DNA of 64,000 nucleotides from Paraspadella gotoi (taxonomy: Eukaryota; Animalia; Chaetognatha). Below the pieces are notes generated by a model, which had not been told where the DNA came from, made no database searches, and saw only the letters and a program-made list of their open reading frames with translations. The stretch lies in contig CM119264.1 in NCBI GenBank assembly GCA_051294375.1, positions 16,651,245 to 16,715,244 of the forward strand, read 5' to 3'. Position numbers and translations under genes: made by a program. Positions 51,501 through 64,000 of this stretch are shown one piece after another; positions within the stretch are counted from its first letter, which is position 1; each line of letters opens with the position of its first letter.

Positions 51501-51718
51501 AATTTTCGGAGCGTGATTCGCCGAAATCAGCGACTTCAGGAAGCTCTGCCGCTGCTATGACAAACAACAACCTTCCTCGAGACGGTGACCCTGTTTTTAC
51601 GTTGTCAGCGGCAGATATGCGCGCCAGGCTCAAGGCCAAGAAAAGGATGGACCCCAGAGAAAATGAGGCCCCAGGGATGAAGTTCAAAGAAAAGTACGAG
51701 CTCTTCCAGAAACTGTAG
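42580..51718 (+). CDS. Single-PDZ NHERF/EBP50-family scaffold (Sip1/SLC9A3R-like)
   Basis: Exons 42580-42690 ([15 protein letters not shown]), 44458-44533, 44913-~45110, 50495-50582, 50661-50815, 51268-51351, 51440-51718. Ends [13 protein letters not shown], like the NHERF ERM-binding tail. The phase between ~45110 and 50495 is unresolved (possible micro-exon near 49539-49556). Confidence 0.85.
43757..43800 (+). ncRNA. Degenerate minimal hammerhead motif
   Basis: aacg-CTGATTA-a-ggctc..gagcc-AAAAC-AT-GTA-cgtt. Stems I and II intact, two core substitutions. Confidence 0.5.
43850..44209 (-). mobile_element. MITE family copy 2 (inverse of 29549-29930)
   Basis: Ends gaacttctagttttcaacctgttccgacctatta, the reverse complement of the 29549 terminus. 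Confidence 0.65.
44689..44857. mobile_element. Small foldback MITE in NHERF-like intron 2
   Basis: aaaacaagtttgagcaaacaatgtcggatctg..aatcagctaa / ttagctgatt..cagatcagacattgtttgctcaaacttgtttt. Arm fragments also at ~38440-38470 and ~39595-39670. Confidence 0.75.
47383..47425 (-). ncRNA. Minimal type I hammerhead ribozyme
   Basis: Reverse strand reads aacg-CUGAAGA-a-ggcuu(gcaacga)aagcc-GAAAC-AU-GUC-cguu; core, stem I and stem II intact. Confidence 0.8.
48031..48073 (+). ncRNA. Minimal type I hammerhead ribozyme
   Basis: aacg-CUGAAGA-a-ggcuu(gcaacua)aagcc-GAAAC-AU-GUC-cguu; predicted cleavage after C48069; palindromic ACAUGU stem/loop III. Confidence 0.8.
48502..48729 (+). mobile_element. ~225-bp dispersed repeat, copy 2 (see 34439-34647)
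   Basis: Near-identical core ggctgtaacaccgtgttacaggcgggttaagcgcccc..ctcttaactgctaggcgac and 3' hairpin ggtggattttagtccacc. Confidence 0.7.
51148..51192 (+). ncRNA. Hammerhead-like motif (core and stem II intact, stems I/III eroded)
   Basis: CTGATGA-a-ggctc(gaattt)gagcc-GAAA-aatattcgtc. Confidence 0.5.
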
Positions 51719-53694
51719 GTGACGTCATTGTTGTCAAAAAAAAAAAAAAAAAAAAAAAACAGCAGCTGGTGTTTGGCCTTTTGCTAGAAGATTATGGCGT
51801 CTAAGGCAATGTCAGATAAACTTTATCGTCCAAGTTCGTGATTTTTCTAAATCCACTGGAAAGGGCGAGTTCGCCCATTTGACCGGAGCTTGAATCCCGG
51901 TTTTATTGAAACTATATTCTTCTGTGCCTTGCATATTTTTGAGCACATTCTCTTGTTGATCTTTCCGGCCCTCTTTTTCCCTCCGAGACGCACAGTTAAC
52001 CATTCCATATTTTGTTTTACGCACTACATTCGAAAAATAATTTTTGAAGAAATTTGCTTTTCAGACCGTCCTTGAAACGTTTTGGAGAGAAGTTAGTATA
52101 TAAGCAACAGCTCATCTTACCTATAAACTAAATAATATAGATTTAGTTATTCACAAGTAACTTTTGTTTTTAGCCCGTCTTTATCTTATTAAATATACAT
52201 ACATATAGCAGCGGGGTAGTTTCTGGACACTAATTAAAGCGAACACTTATGAATGTTAAATTTGAATCATTCAGTTACAAAATAAATTAGGATATTAGCA
52301 GCGGATTATCTGTTATGGATAACCAGAATTTCTTTAATTAAATATACTATAAAGAGTTTCATTATATAATTGTGTAATTGTATAAAACTGAAAATTTAGA
52401 TATAGATATATCATCACTGTCCTTCACAATGGATGCCTTTATAATGATCCTATTATTTAGTAGTCAAAAAATTTGAATAAAATTATTACGCTGGTAGTTC
52501 TTTTTCTATTATCATGTAGCTTTTTTCATCATTGAATTCGAATTCGCGACTTTTAATATTACAATTATCCTTTTTTTATTATTCTTCAATCTTTCTCTAT
52601 TTAGGTTTTTCTTTTAAATTTTTTTTTTATTTTGAAAATTTTTTATTTTTATGTTTTTAATTTTTAATTTTTAAAATAATTTTTCCTTTTTTATATCTAA
52701 GTAAATTTTAGTAAAAATTGGTTCTTTTTTGATATATCTAATTTTGTTTATTAACTCTCAAATTGGTCCATATTAATTTAAGATCTTAAAATCAGAATAT
52801 TGACCCTACTTTCTGATATTTTTACACTGGTTTCTATTAATAATATGAATTGGTTTTTCATATATCAAACAAGGTATAAAACGTATAAAACCGAGTTTTT
52901 GTATTTCTATTTTTTTTTTTTTTTTAATGGGTATTCATGGTCCAGACTTTTGCTGTCCCGTTGCTACATTTAAATCTTTAAAAATATTTTTTGTGACTTC
53001 ATTACTTGCTACGAAATGGTTTAGAATTCTTGCTGCTATACTCGCTTAATAAGCAAACATGTTAATTGAGTTAAAATTATTTGTTACTAAAAGTAAATAA
53101 ATTTATTTTAATCATTTCTGCTATATATATATATAAATCTTTCATCAGTAAATCAATTTCATTCTAATTGTCTCTGCAGTCTGCACCATTAGTTTACGAT
53201 CTTACTTAAGGTTCCGAGGATATTTTTTTAATTGTTGAAACAAAGATTATTTCTGTTGGGCTGATTAAAATAAATTTTACGTGTGCGGCCCGTAGTACAT
53301 ATATTCGTTTGTTTTGCATTTCAAATTTTTCGCCTCAAATAATAACTTCGACTGAGGCACTTATTTTTATTATGTATAATTATTTTAAAAATCTTTAGCT
53401 TTCAAACGATTTTACATGTATGTATGTACAAAAACCTGTTTTGAAAGCTAATTAAGACTCCTCCTAGTCAATACATTGATTTTTTTTTATTTAGAAGCGT
53501 CAATATAATTGAGTGTACTTGATTAAATTAAAATATGGCTATCAATTTGCTTTTAAATCCGCTGTATTAAATTTAATACAATCATCAAAAAATTAGATGA
53601 TTTTTAAAAATATATACAGTAATAGCCGCCATGCAATAAAAGTTGTTTTTGCAATTGCTGGTTAGTCTAAAAATTAAATCAAAATGGGCTGAAT

Positions 53695-53805
53695 CACCCC
53701 GTAAAAGAAAATATAAATAACCCATTTTTAAAACACAAAAAAATGAAAAACATGTTTTTACTTGTGTTTTAAAAATGGCTTGTTTATATTTTCTTTTACA
53801 GGGTG
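53695..53805. mobile_element. Tiny foldback/MITE
   Basis: caccccgtaaaagaaaatataaataacccatttttaaaacacaa versus ttgtgttttaaaaatggcttgtttatattttcttttacagggtg. Confidence 0.65.
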
Positions 53806-55178
53806 TCTAGACAAGGAAACCGATAGGAAGAAGTTGCCTAAATCAGTTGAACTTTGTTCAAGGCTTGTAATTGTATCTCGAATTAGTTAAAAAATAAGGA
53901 TTTTTCCCTTTTTTTTTGTAAGGAGAGCAACGTGAGAGGGAGCTGGATTACTTTCTTTACCTTTTAAGTAAGGATTACCATTATTAAAACAAAATGTACC
54001 TAATTTTATGTTTCCCGAAAATGTGAATATATTTAAATTTTGCTCTGATTTTTGACGACTCGATACTAACTTCCCCTTTTTTCTCATAAATTTAAACATA
54101 AAACTTCCCCAAAATTTTTTTCGGCTGTATATAAACACTGAAACGTGATATGGCTAAATAAAGTAAATTATATTTTTTGTGGTTAACTGAAAAAGAATTT
54201 AAAACGACATGATTATTTTCTGTACATCAAGTAAATACGGAAAAGTTTCCATCCACGAAATTATATTTAAATTCATTTTTAAACAATAAACATAACAATA
54301 GATTATTGAAACTAATGTATATTTAAAAATAATTATAAATACTTTTCGACCTTTACATAAATGAAATAAGATTTTAAAGTAATTTTTGTGATTTATAGGG
54401 AACAATGAGATAGTTTAAATAGAATGAGAGCGCAAAATGAGCCGCTACAAATGTCTCATCGTAAAACAAAATATATATATAGCAATTTTTGAAAAAAAAA
54501 GGTGAAAAATGAATTAGTCACATATGATCAAAATTCACAATCGTAACGATAGTTGGCTGCAATTTGCTGAGAAACGCAAAATCGACTGAGACTAGCTAGA
54601 AAGTCCGCCAATTCACTTTTTTCCAAGAAGAAACTTATAAATGGGGTATAGAAAATGTGATCGGATCATTCAAGTCCTTTTTTTACCAATCCAAAACTCC
54701 TTTCCTTGGTTCACTTTCCGTACTGCATAAGCTTGAAAAGAATGTCGTATTTAAAAGACGGTTAAGACTCCCTGCTCGCAAAAAAGAACATCATTGGAAA
54801 TAAAAAAAAAATTTCAAAACGTTGCTCTTGGAGTATTTTTAAAAACAAAATATCTGCGTTTTCTACATTGCGATTCGTCATCCGTGACGGTGTAAAATTT
54901 TGCCTCCTTGAAAAAGAATACACATTAAAATAGCATTTTAATTTTCCAAAATTTTTACTATTTTTTAAAAATCATAGCTCGTACGTATATAATTATCAGC
55001 TTGAATTTAGGACTGCGTTTTTAAAAAATCTACCTCTGCGAAATTTGCAATTAGGTCGTATCTATAATACATGAATATGAAAAGATATGGCAATCTTTTT
55101 TGCATTTCAGACAAATAATAGAAAGAAAGAATTTAGATTGTAATCGCAATGTGGGACGGGCAAGACCACTTGCAATGG

Positions 55179-58057
55179 TCAAACCATCTCGCCGTGAGGA
55201 AAGGTGCCGAGGTGGGCGGAGAAGTTGGATTTCGGTTGAGCCTCGAGATGAGGTGCTGACGCCGCAATGCCGCCTCTGGAAAAGTCGAAGCCTCCTCTGG
55301 GAAAACTGTTTCGGTCGCCGCCTGCTAGCGAAGGGGGCGCTGTGACAGCGTCCGCGCCCAAATGAGGAGACGTCACTGTTGGCGGGGCTGAGTGAGACGG
55401 CGAAACAATAGCGTTGCTGTCGGTGCTGGGTCTCGTGATGGCGACGTCGTCTAACTTCCACCTCTGGGGACTCGTCCCCGAGTGCCGCGTCGTGGGCGCC
55501 ATCATGGTTGCTTGCCGAGTCGTTGCCGCGACGGCGTTGACTCCGTGCACGCGGGTCAGACGATCGGCCGAGGTCGTTACGGCGTGCGTACTGAGAACGG
55601 CGACGAAGTCGTGTCGCCCAAACTTGCGCGCCAGAGCCTGGAGAGCCGCCACCGTGGCGCCTTCATTCTTCATCCAATCCGAAAGCATATAGCGCACGGC
55701 TGGAAGTTGAGGCTTCTCGCGTTCGCTGCGCATCTCGAAGGCGGCAATTCGCGACGTGCTGAACCCCATTTCCCTGGCCATTTGTTTCCAGGTGTAAGCG
55801 GGACCCAGATTGACAGTGAGATGAGCCTCAATCTCGCGGCGTTTTATGGAGGGAAGGTCTCGGACGCGCGTCGAAGGATCAAGCGGGCCTGAGGTTGAGT
55901 AAAAATGGTCAGATTCAATGTACAGTACAATTCCATTAGTTTTAGGTATAAAGATCAACAAAGCACATCTGCCATGCTACCAATACTTTATAGTATGTTG
56001 GTATACTAGCGTGGAGCAAATGAGCCCAAACATTTATAATTTTTTGCCTAATGGTTTATATATGACCTACAAAATATATTTTTTTAATATTTTTATGAGA
56101 ACACTATAGTATTTTAAGTGGTTTTTCCAAATACGCCAAAATCTCGGTCGGCGAAAGTAAAATTTTACCTCTTACAGATTCTATTCTATTCTATATTTCT
56201 CTAACGTCAACCATTCTTTTAATAAATTTGATTCATTGTTTGTATTTATCGTTCCACGACGATTGAACCAGGGTTGTTCACTAGTGGGTCTGTACAGCCT
56301 GTACGTCTCTTCTCTAGCTGTCCACAATTAATTTCTTCACCTCTTGCATCTTTTATTTATTCCCGTCCTTCCTCCCGATCCCTTCCCCCATCTCCGTTGA
56401 AAATTGGATGTGTAACTGATAGGCCTCAGAGCGAAATGAGCCGCCGTCCCGGGTGGGTTCCCTGGGGAGTGGGGAGTCTCGGCCTGCCTGCCGTTTTCAT
56501 TGGCTCTATCGTTCCCGAGAAGTTCGACCAATTGTAGCTCGAGATTCGCTGCTCAGGTTTCCAACCCGGAAAAAAAGTATAAAGAGGGGTGAGGGCTTTT
56601 TTGGGAGAGTGGGATGACTCCCAGCGGACTTGGAAAGGAATTCGGCTTGAAGCCTTAATAATGGGATACTCACTCGCTCTCTTTCTCTCCCTTTCGGATT
56701 CTCTCGCAATTTAAGATTTTTCAAAGATGCTCCTTTGTCGGCCCCGTTTCTTACTTTTTAATTTCATTCTCAAATCAAAATTTTTTTTAAAGTCCATCGA
56801 GAGTTTCGTCGGCGAAATTAAATACTAGAAAATTCAATTTCTTCTTTTTTTATTGAATTTTTTTGGGGGAGTCAAATTCGTTTTTTTATTCCAACAATCT
56901 CAAATAATTTTATAATTAATAATAAATATAATTGTTTCTTCTATAATTTGAGAAACGTATTGCTATTTTTGTACAGAATTGCACTGGGTAGTTAAAACGT
57001 GCCACTCATTTGATGAACCTTTTTGAATCTTTTTGATATTCAATATTTTATAATTAAATATATTTTAATATTTACTATAATTTTTGGTCTTCGGATGGTC
57101 CAAATTAAAAGAATTATTTTATATTTCAGTCCTGTGAAAAAAAAATAAGAGTCTCCTCTTTTTTTTGCACAGGACTGTATAATATATTAAAATTACCCAA
57201 AACTTCTTTCTACATATAACGACGGTGTTTTGATATTTAGAAAGTATTAAGTATTTTACACTAATTTTTGGGTTATTTTTCTTTTCAATCAAACAACGCA
57301 TAATTTAAGAAAACGTCTGACAATCGAACAAAAAAAAAATAGGACGCAAAAAACGTCAAACAGGGTATAAATTAAAACAAACAATCTTTTATTATTATTA
57401 AGTGAAAAATAATAAAAAAAAATATTTTTCCGGCATCCGGTACATCCGGACACGTCTTGATCTTTCATCAATCACCTTGAAAGGCCTTTCCATCCGGATC
57501 TAGGAAGATGCCACTGTCGGAGCCTGGCGTCTTTCTCTGATCGAATCCGAGGAATACAGCGTGGCTAGGATGTAATTGCATGTGCTGCGGGTCGTGGGCG
57601 TGATAAGGGAAGCTCCCGCGTGCGGCGGCAAAAGTGGGATCAAGGAGCGAGGTGAGGACGCCGCCGTACTGGGATCCGTGATGGGAAGAGAGGTATCCGC
57701 CCGAGGCTGTTATAAGTTATGTCACAAATCAGCTTCTTTCGTTAGACAAACTTAGTGGTAAATGCATTGAATTTGGAGTAGTTCACAGTTGAAATTATGT
57801 TTAAATGTAAACGAACTACTATTAATATTGTTTTCCATTACGTGCGAACTTACCTGCGGCCTTTCGTTGCTGGCACATTCTCCAATGTTTAACAGCTACG
57901 TAGCCGATAAGACCGACGACGATTAGGCCCAGGAGGAAGCAATAGATGGGAATAATGTCGACCCCACTAGGACCTCTGCCCGCTGGGGGAGCAGCCCCTG
58001 AAGCGGGATATAATCCTTCGGGGGCCGGGGTTGGTGGCGGCTGACCGAAGCTTTTCC
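55179..58057 (-). CDS. p75NTR/NGFR-like TNF-receptor-superfamily death-domain protein, 3' exons (5' end not found in window)
   Basis: Exons 58057-57854 (TM DIIPIYCFLLGLIVVGLIGYVAVKHW), 57706-57476 (contains SDSGIFLD) and 55888-55179 (death domain TWKQMAREMGFS..MLSDW..ATVAALQALARKFGRHD). All junctions are phase 1 with GT-AG. Confidence 0.85.
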
Positions 58058-60517
58058 CTGTCAACAAAAAATATAAGGAAAAAATAAGTTTGCCCTCCTC
58101 AGACAGTTGAAGATCTCGTATAAGTTTCGACAACGAAAATTGCTTCAGCCTAAAGTTTAGCTTTCTCCTAAGCTAATGGGACATTTTTAGTCGCATCTGC
58201 TTCAGCAGGAATAATCAACTTTGTCTTTCGGTCGCCACTACGACTACAACAACAACAACTTCACTCAAGCCATTTTATCAACTACAACGACAACCACCAT
58301 AATCACTAGCTCAATGCATAATATAATATATATATAATGACAACCACAAGAACCACAACCATAATACCCGCCATAAAAAGTGCGACTACGTTTACTATCA
58401 GTGATAGTAGACGTAGTTGCTGTGTTATGAGCAGAAAAAAAAAGATTAAGAAAAAATTAAAAAATAATTAAAGAAAAATAAAGAAAGAAAGAAAGAAAGA
58501 AAGAAAAAGGTATCTAGCGGAAATTTATATCATTTTAAGAAGTATTTTGTTAAGAAGTATTTTTAAGTGTTTTTTTTTTTTTTTTCAAAAGACGCCAAAA
58601 CCCCGGTTGTAATCGTCCATCCTTTTCCGACTTTTACCTTCATTCCTTTCTTTTTATTTTTTCTTTTCATCTTTTCATTTTCTCCACCCTTATTACACTT
58701 TTTCGGTCCCCGTCGGTGCATTCTTCTTCTCCCCCACATCAATCGCTTCATCTCTCTCTCTCTGCGCCAGTCCGGATTTCGGAATCTCGGCCTTTCTCTC
58801 GTGTTTACAACCAGCGATTTCGCGCTGTTAACGAGAAAAATAAACTTCCCCGGGTTTTTGCGAAACGAATCTCCCATGTTATCGAAACTAAGTCTTTTGA
58901 ATAATGAACAGTCTTGAACAATGAACTAAGTAAATTCGATCCTCAAAAGGACACTCTTTCGTTGGTTCATTCGATCCTAATGCTGAACGCTTTCGAGACT
59001 AAACGCCGCCACGTTTCTAGATCGGTAGTTTCCTCTTCTCGCGGAGAAACAACCTTCCGTTCTTTTTCTCTCGCCCTCCCAACCCAGCATCTACTTCCCC
59101 TTCTGTCTTTCACCTTCTAGATTCTAGGACTGAACATCGAAATTAGTTTTTAAAACCACGGGATTTCATTTCCTCGCAATATTGCGATTTGGCCACTTCT
59201 CCGGTATTCCCAATACTTAAGCTAAGTTAATTTTCAATTTTTCATACTGGTTTCATTGCTAGTCTCTGTAATTTAGTAATACTAATTTTCAGTAAATTCT
59301 TTTCTTGGTCTTGGGAGATAAAAAGAAAAATTGTCGGCTCTTTGGCCAAAGAGGATGAATTCAACCAGAATTAATTTTGATCTGAAGCGAAGAAGACGAC
59401 GACGACGACGTCAGGCCGAGAAATGCGGCAACACCTCAAAGAAGCAAAAAAAAAAAAAAAAGACCGAGAAAATATTGTGTGTGTTTGAGTATGTGTGTAA
59501 ATGAGACAGAGAGAAAAAAAAACGCTTAATTTTTATGTATTTCCGAGCGAGAAGGAGACCCTAAAGATATCGGGGGATACATTTTGCTCTCTACGTAAAA
59601 GTCCTATAACATTGCCAACAAAAAAAGTTCGTGCGGCGATAAACGAGCGGGTAAAAAGTTTTACGACAAAAAATTACTAGAATTATTCTTCCTTCTCTTT
59701 TTTCCGTGTCGCTACTATCATAGAGTGTGCAATGACGTCGTCGTCGTCGTTTTACGGTGTATTTTCGTGCTCTCGCCAGCGGGTCGTTTCGACGTCGTTG
59801 TCATCGTCGTCGTCGTTCTTCTTAACTTGTAATTATGACTCTCCGACGAATGAGTCAAAAACGATGGGAAGGGAATAAGAGCTGCCTAATAATTAGTAAT
59901 TAAGTTTTGGCTAAGAAATTAAAAAGAAGTAACTATTGGCTTAGAAAAGGTCTTCATTGTTAAAAAAATTCGAAAAACTTTATTTTTAGTCAATTACGTT
60001 AATATTGTCCGAGAACCATTCTTGGATTGAAGATAGTTAAAAAAACACAAAAAAAACTAAAAATTAATGGAAAGCAACGTTGAAGCTTAAAATCATTTGT
60101 GCCTTATTCTTTCAGGGCGTAACCTGACGTCGACGAGCCGAAACGTGGCCATTAACAGGCGTGACGATGTCTAGGTCGGGGCATTAAAACGAGGCGGCTA
60201 TCTTTGCAGTTGGCGTGTCTGCGTAACAAAAAAAAAAAACGTCGGTGGCTCGACAAAGACAACGCAAGCGAGGGCCGCCGCCTTGGGTTAGCAGTTGGCG
60301 TTATACTGTCCGCGCAATGACTTTTCCGTTAGAAACCTCTTCGATCGTTCTTACTTGTCGAACCGCATTGTTTTCTGAACTTTCACGAATGGAGAAGCAA
60401 AGACCTTCAATTACTTTTGCACCTTTGACATGAATCCAAATAGGGTTGGAACCTTAAATCCGAATGCAATAATAGTTTTACACGGTGCTGCTTTGAATTT
60501 GACACATACGACAAGAA

Positions 60518-60660
60518 CCTTAAATTCAAAGCCAATGGCGCCTTAATGTAAACCAAGACCCTTAAATCTAAACGTGATGGCGCCTTGACGTAAATGACGA
60601 GCATTAAATCCAGACGCGACGGCGTCTTGACAGAAATGACCCGGCGCTTAAATCGGTGAC
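60518..60660. repeat. Degenerate ~42-bp tandem repeat (3+ units)
   Basis: Units start at 60518, 60560, 60602 (~60646): cYttaaatY..RRYggcgYcttRaY. Confidence 0.55.
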
Positions 60661-63501
60661 GTATATTGCGCCAACTTTAAACGAAATTTAAGTGAAACGC
60701 GAGTGACGCTAATCTCGTTGTCACCACGTGAGATCGAAAAGTGACAATTCCAACGAGGGAATCATAAAAGTATAAAAAACGTTCTGCAATTCGCTCCCCC
60801 ACTGTAAAAATTCACTTCTTTGTCATCTGCGCTCTTGAATTCGTTTCTCTCTCTCTGTCTCACCCCAGAAGGCAGCGTGAGTCATTTAAAAAAACTTTAT
60901 TTTTTTTTACTATCAACCTTTTCCTTCTTTGTCAGGTGGAATTTTGGCCGCAGCAGGATCCCGCAACAAAGTCGTGACCAGGTTTTCATTAAAGTTTTTT
61001 CCCGTTCATTCGCCGCTGGGAAGAGGAGAAGGAAGAGGAGGAGGCCAACGTTAAGTAAGAAAAAAAAGAGAAAAATAATGGGGAACATAAACATCGGATC
61101 CATGCGGAGACAACAGAGTGGGAAATTAGAAAGAGAACGATCGCGGTACGAGTTTGGAAATCGAACCCGAAAGCAAAAAAAGGGTTTAGATTTAAAAAAA
61201 ATGGAGATTGAAAGATATAGAAAAAAGAAAAGAAAAAAGAAAGGAAAATAAAAAAAATTGGAAAAGTAAAAGAAAGATAAAAAACCAGGAAAAAGAAAAA
61301 AGTAGGATTCCTGGTTCGACTGGAATTCGAATCCCACCCACTAAGACAAAAGGCGGCATAAGCGGGAGGGAGAGGGAGAGAGAATAACAGAGAGAACGAA
61401 AAAAAGAGAGAGGAAGAGAGAGACACCATCTGGGGTAGACGGCCTAGCGAGGTTGAGACGGGAAGGTCGCCATTTTGTAGATGGAAGTCTGACGTCGATT
61501 AAAATGAGGGAAAGATATAGAGATAAATTAAGTGAGAGAGTGAGAAAGATATGTACACTGTCTCCGAACGCGAATGACACAAAATAAATATTTATCATCC
61601 CTTGAATATTTTAATCAGATAGCTATTAAAGACATCATTAAGTTAAATTTTAATTTTGCTAAAGATTAGTATAATTATTGAGATAAAAAACCCAGATCAG
61701 AAGGGAAGAATTAAACAGTAAAATAATAAATAATTTCAATTACTCGAAAAAAATATTTGACATAGAAAAGATAAAATAAAAAAAGCGAAGTGAAAAAAAG
61801 AAAGAAAAATAAAGGTTTCTTTCCGTTTAATCTTTCCAGTCCCGGTTTCCTTTGAAGTCGCCGCCGATCCACCGGCACGTCGTTTAATTAATCGACGACG
61901 AAATACGATTATTATTTTCTTTTCCCTCTTTTTTTGGGTAGCAGCGGACTCGCTCTTTCCTTCCTTCTCCCTTATGCCCCCTTTCTCTCTCTCTCTCTTT
62001 TTCGTTTCCTCACTCCTTCATTCCTTCTTTGAATATGAAAGCCGACAATAAATTAAATAACCGAAGCAATTGAAATGTATAAAAACGTAGAAGTAAGCTG
62101 TTAAAACGTCAGAACTCGAGAGAAATTAGTTTTTTTAATTGGACTAAATAAAGAAAAAACAACCTTTTTGGGAAAAAAAGCTTTTCGGTCTGTTCCGACT
62201 GTAATCGGCTTTAATTATTATATATTTATATTTTGTACTTATCTAAAGTATTCTACTAACCATATATTATTCGTCTGTACGTATATTGTATAATCCGTTT
62301 AGGCGCCGGAATAAATAAAGTAAAGACTAAAAGAGTCGCTGATAGTGATTAATTTGCTTCATATTCAAATGAAAGAGACATTTTGTTTGAGCTTAAGCAA
62401 ATTGCGTTTTTGGTGATTTCTGTGAGACTTATTGACAGATTGAAAGAGGGAAGAAAAAAAGAAAAGAGAGGGCGAATCAGAGTAGATCATTTAAATATGA
62501 TTGAGATGAAAAAAATTTCATAGATCTATGCTGTATGTATTGAAGTCGATCTTTAATTGAAAAAAAATTAATTGGCACATTTTATTTGCACTAATTTTAA
62601 TTATCAAGATAAAAATAATTTATTCATAAAGTCAACAAATAACGACCGAAGAGTAAAAACAAGAAAGAAAGAAAGAAAGAAAGAAAGAAGAAAGAAAGAA
62701 AGAAAGAAAGAAAGCAAATACAAACAAAAAAGAAACTTTTCTTTAAATGTAAAACAAAAACATTAACAAAACGATAGATGCACGACAGTAGAAACGAAAC
62801 AGAGAGCCAATTTATTGAATTAGAAAAGAATCAAAATCAAATAAGTTTTTTCAACCCTTTTTTTCTCCCTTTCTGTCCAGGAGAGGAGTGTTTTCTCTCT
62901 TTATCAGGTTTTACGACGCAGTCAGCGCCGACAGCCCCGGCGGCAGCTCGTGTTCAGCTGCCTCGACGGAGCCGTCCGCAGCCCCGGCGGGGCCGCACGC
63001 CCCTGTAGGGCCGTTCTTCGTTTCGTACGGGGCTCGAGAGGAGCTGAGATCCAATGTCTAATAAAAACTTTGAATCGCCCAACTTCATAGGGAACCGCTT
63101 ATTGGATTAAAACTTTATACGAAGACTGACAATTGGGGATTATGAAGAAGTAAGGCGGCGGCGGTGGCGGCGGGAGAGATGTCGACGATCATAATGACGA
63201 CGATAAAGCAGATGAGGAAAGACTTGGTTCTGAAGTTAGTCTGTTTGGTGACAGCATTTCTGTTCTTATGGGATAGTAAAAGAGAGGGTAGGAGAGAGAG
63301 GAGAGACAGAAAAAAGGGAAAAGAGAAAGAAAAACACAGAGAGAGAGAGAGAGGGAAAGAGTGAATCTTTTTATTCTCTACTTTTCTTTTTGCTTTTCAA
63401 CCCGAAAGAAAAGCAAACATAATTTGGAAGACTTAAGGCCGACCAAGCGTTGAGAGCTGAAATACCGGAATATATTGAATCCCTAATATCCGATTCAATC
63501 T

Positions 63502-63502
<1 letters not shown>

Positions 63503-63576
<74 letters not shown>

Positions 63577-63624
63577 AAAGAAAGAAAGAAAGAAGAAAGA
63601 AAGAAAGAAAGAAAGAAGAAAGAA

Positions 63625-63656
<32 letters not shown>

Positions 63657-63657
63657 C
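63503..63657. repeat. (GA)n/(AAAG)n compound microsatellite
   Basis: GA-AAAG-GA run. Confidence 0.9.
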
Positions 63658-63939
63658 GGACTGAGGTTTATTGCCGCCGAGTTGGTCCCGAAATTTCCAA
63701 TAAAGAAGAAATAAAAATATAGGATAAAGTGGTGAATAGATACGGAGGATTAGTGAGCAGAATAGTAAATTATTTTATTTGAATTTAGATTATTTCGTTT
63801 ATAGAAGAACGAATTTATCAATAAATATGTCCAGTAAAAACGGAAATTGTTTGTATATCAATTAAAGTAAAATAAAAATTCCACTAAATTAAATTAAGAT
63901 TTAAAAAACTACTCAAATAGAAACAACCATCGGAAAGAA

Positions 63940-63980
<41 letters not shown>

Positions 63981-64000
63981 CCATAACAATAATTCAAAAA

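Noticed and set aside
42580-51718. Functional linkage between the NHERF-like PDZ protein and the neighbouring Kv1 ETDV tails
   Set aside because: NHERF PDZ domains prefer D-S/T-x-L; ETDV is the Dlg-type ligand, and adjacency in animal genomes is weak evidence.
51736-51759. A-run just after the NHERF-like stop as a retrocopy signature
   Set aside because: The gene has multiple introns; this is a simple homopolymer in the 3' UTR.
56274-56724. GC-richer block and short ORFs in the receptor intron
   Set aside because: The flanking exons already join in phase and no recognisable coding signal is present; possibly regulatory.
61300-61345. GGTTCGA / TTCGAATCCC B-box-like motifs suggesting a tRNA or SINE
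   Set aside because: No cloverleaf, A box or acceptor stem could be built.
62897-63060. GC-rich island with repeated cagccccggcgg as a receptor ectodomain exon
   Set aside because: No TNFR cysteine pattern, and no convincing acceptor-donor pair on the minus strand.

Overview
AT-rich animal genomic DNA, rich in (GA)n, (AAAG)n and (AAT)n microsatellites and small non-autonomous transposons. The Kv1 N-termini recall Aplysia and Drosophila Shaker, so an invertebrate bilaterian is likely; the taxon cannot be fixed from sequence alone. The first 28 kb hold four tandem, co-oriented Shaker/Kv1 channel paralogs. In each, the T1-S6-C-terminal body is one uninterrupted exon with a 3' splice site at the conserved 'R/G|SFPKL' position. 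For every copy I find small upstream candidate exons whose splice phase fits that acceptor and which encode different N-terminal (possibly inactivation-ball) leaders. One of these is a two-ATG/two-donor element that fits copy 3 in one phase and copy 4 in the other. Copies 3 and 4 carry a natural selectivity-filter change (TMTSVGYGD, Shaker T442S equivalent), and the four copies differ at the TEA/C-type inactivation site (R/S/Y/Y). The rest of the window has an ATF7IP/Windei-like gene (-), a single-PDZ NHERF/EBP50-like gene (+) and the 3' part of a p75NTR/NGFR-like death-domain receptor (-). A NHERF intron contains a ~830-bp Penelope-like non-autonomous insertion with a 13-bp TSD and two inverted minimal hammerhead ribozymes, and four more degenerate hammerhead copies are scattered in the window. 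All exon models are read by eye and need transcript confirmation.
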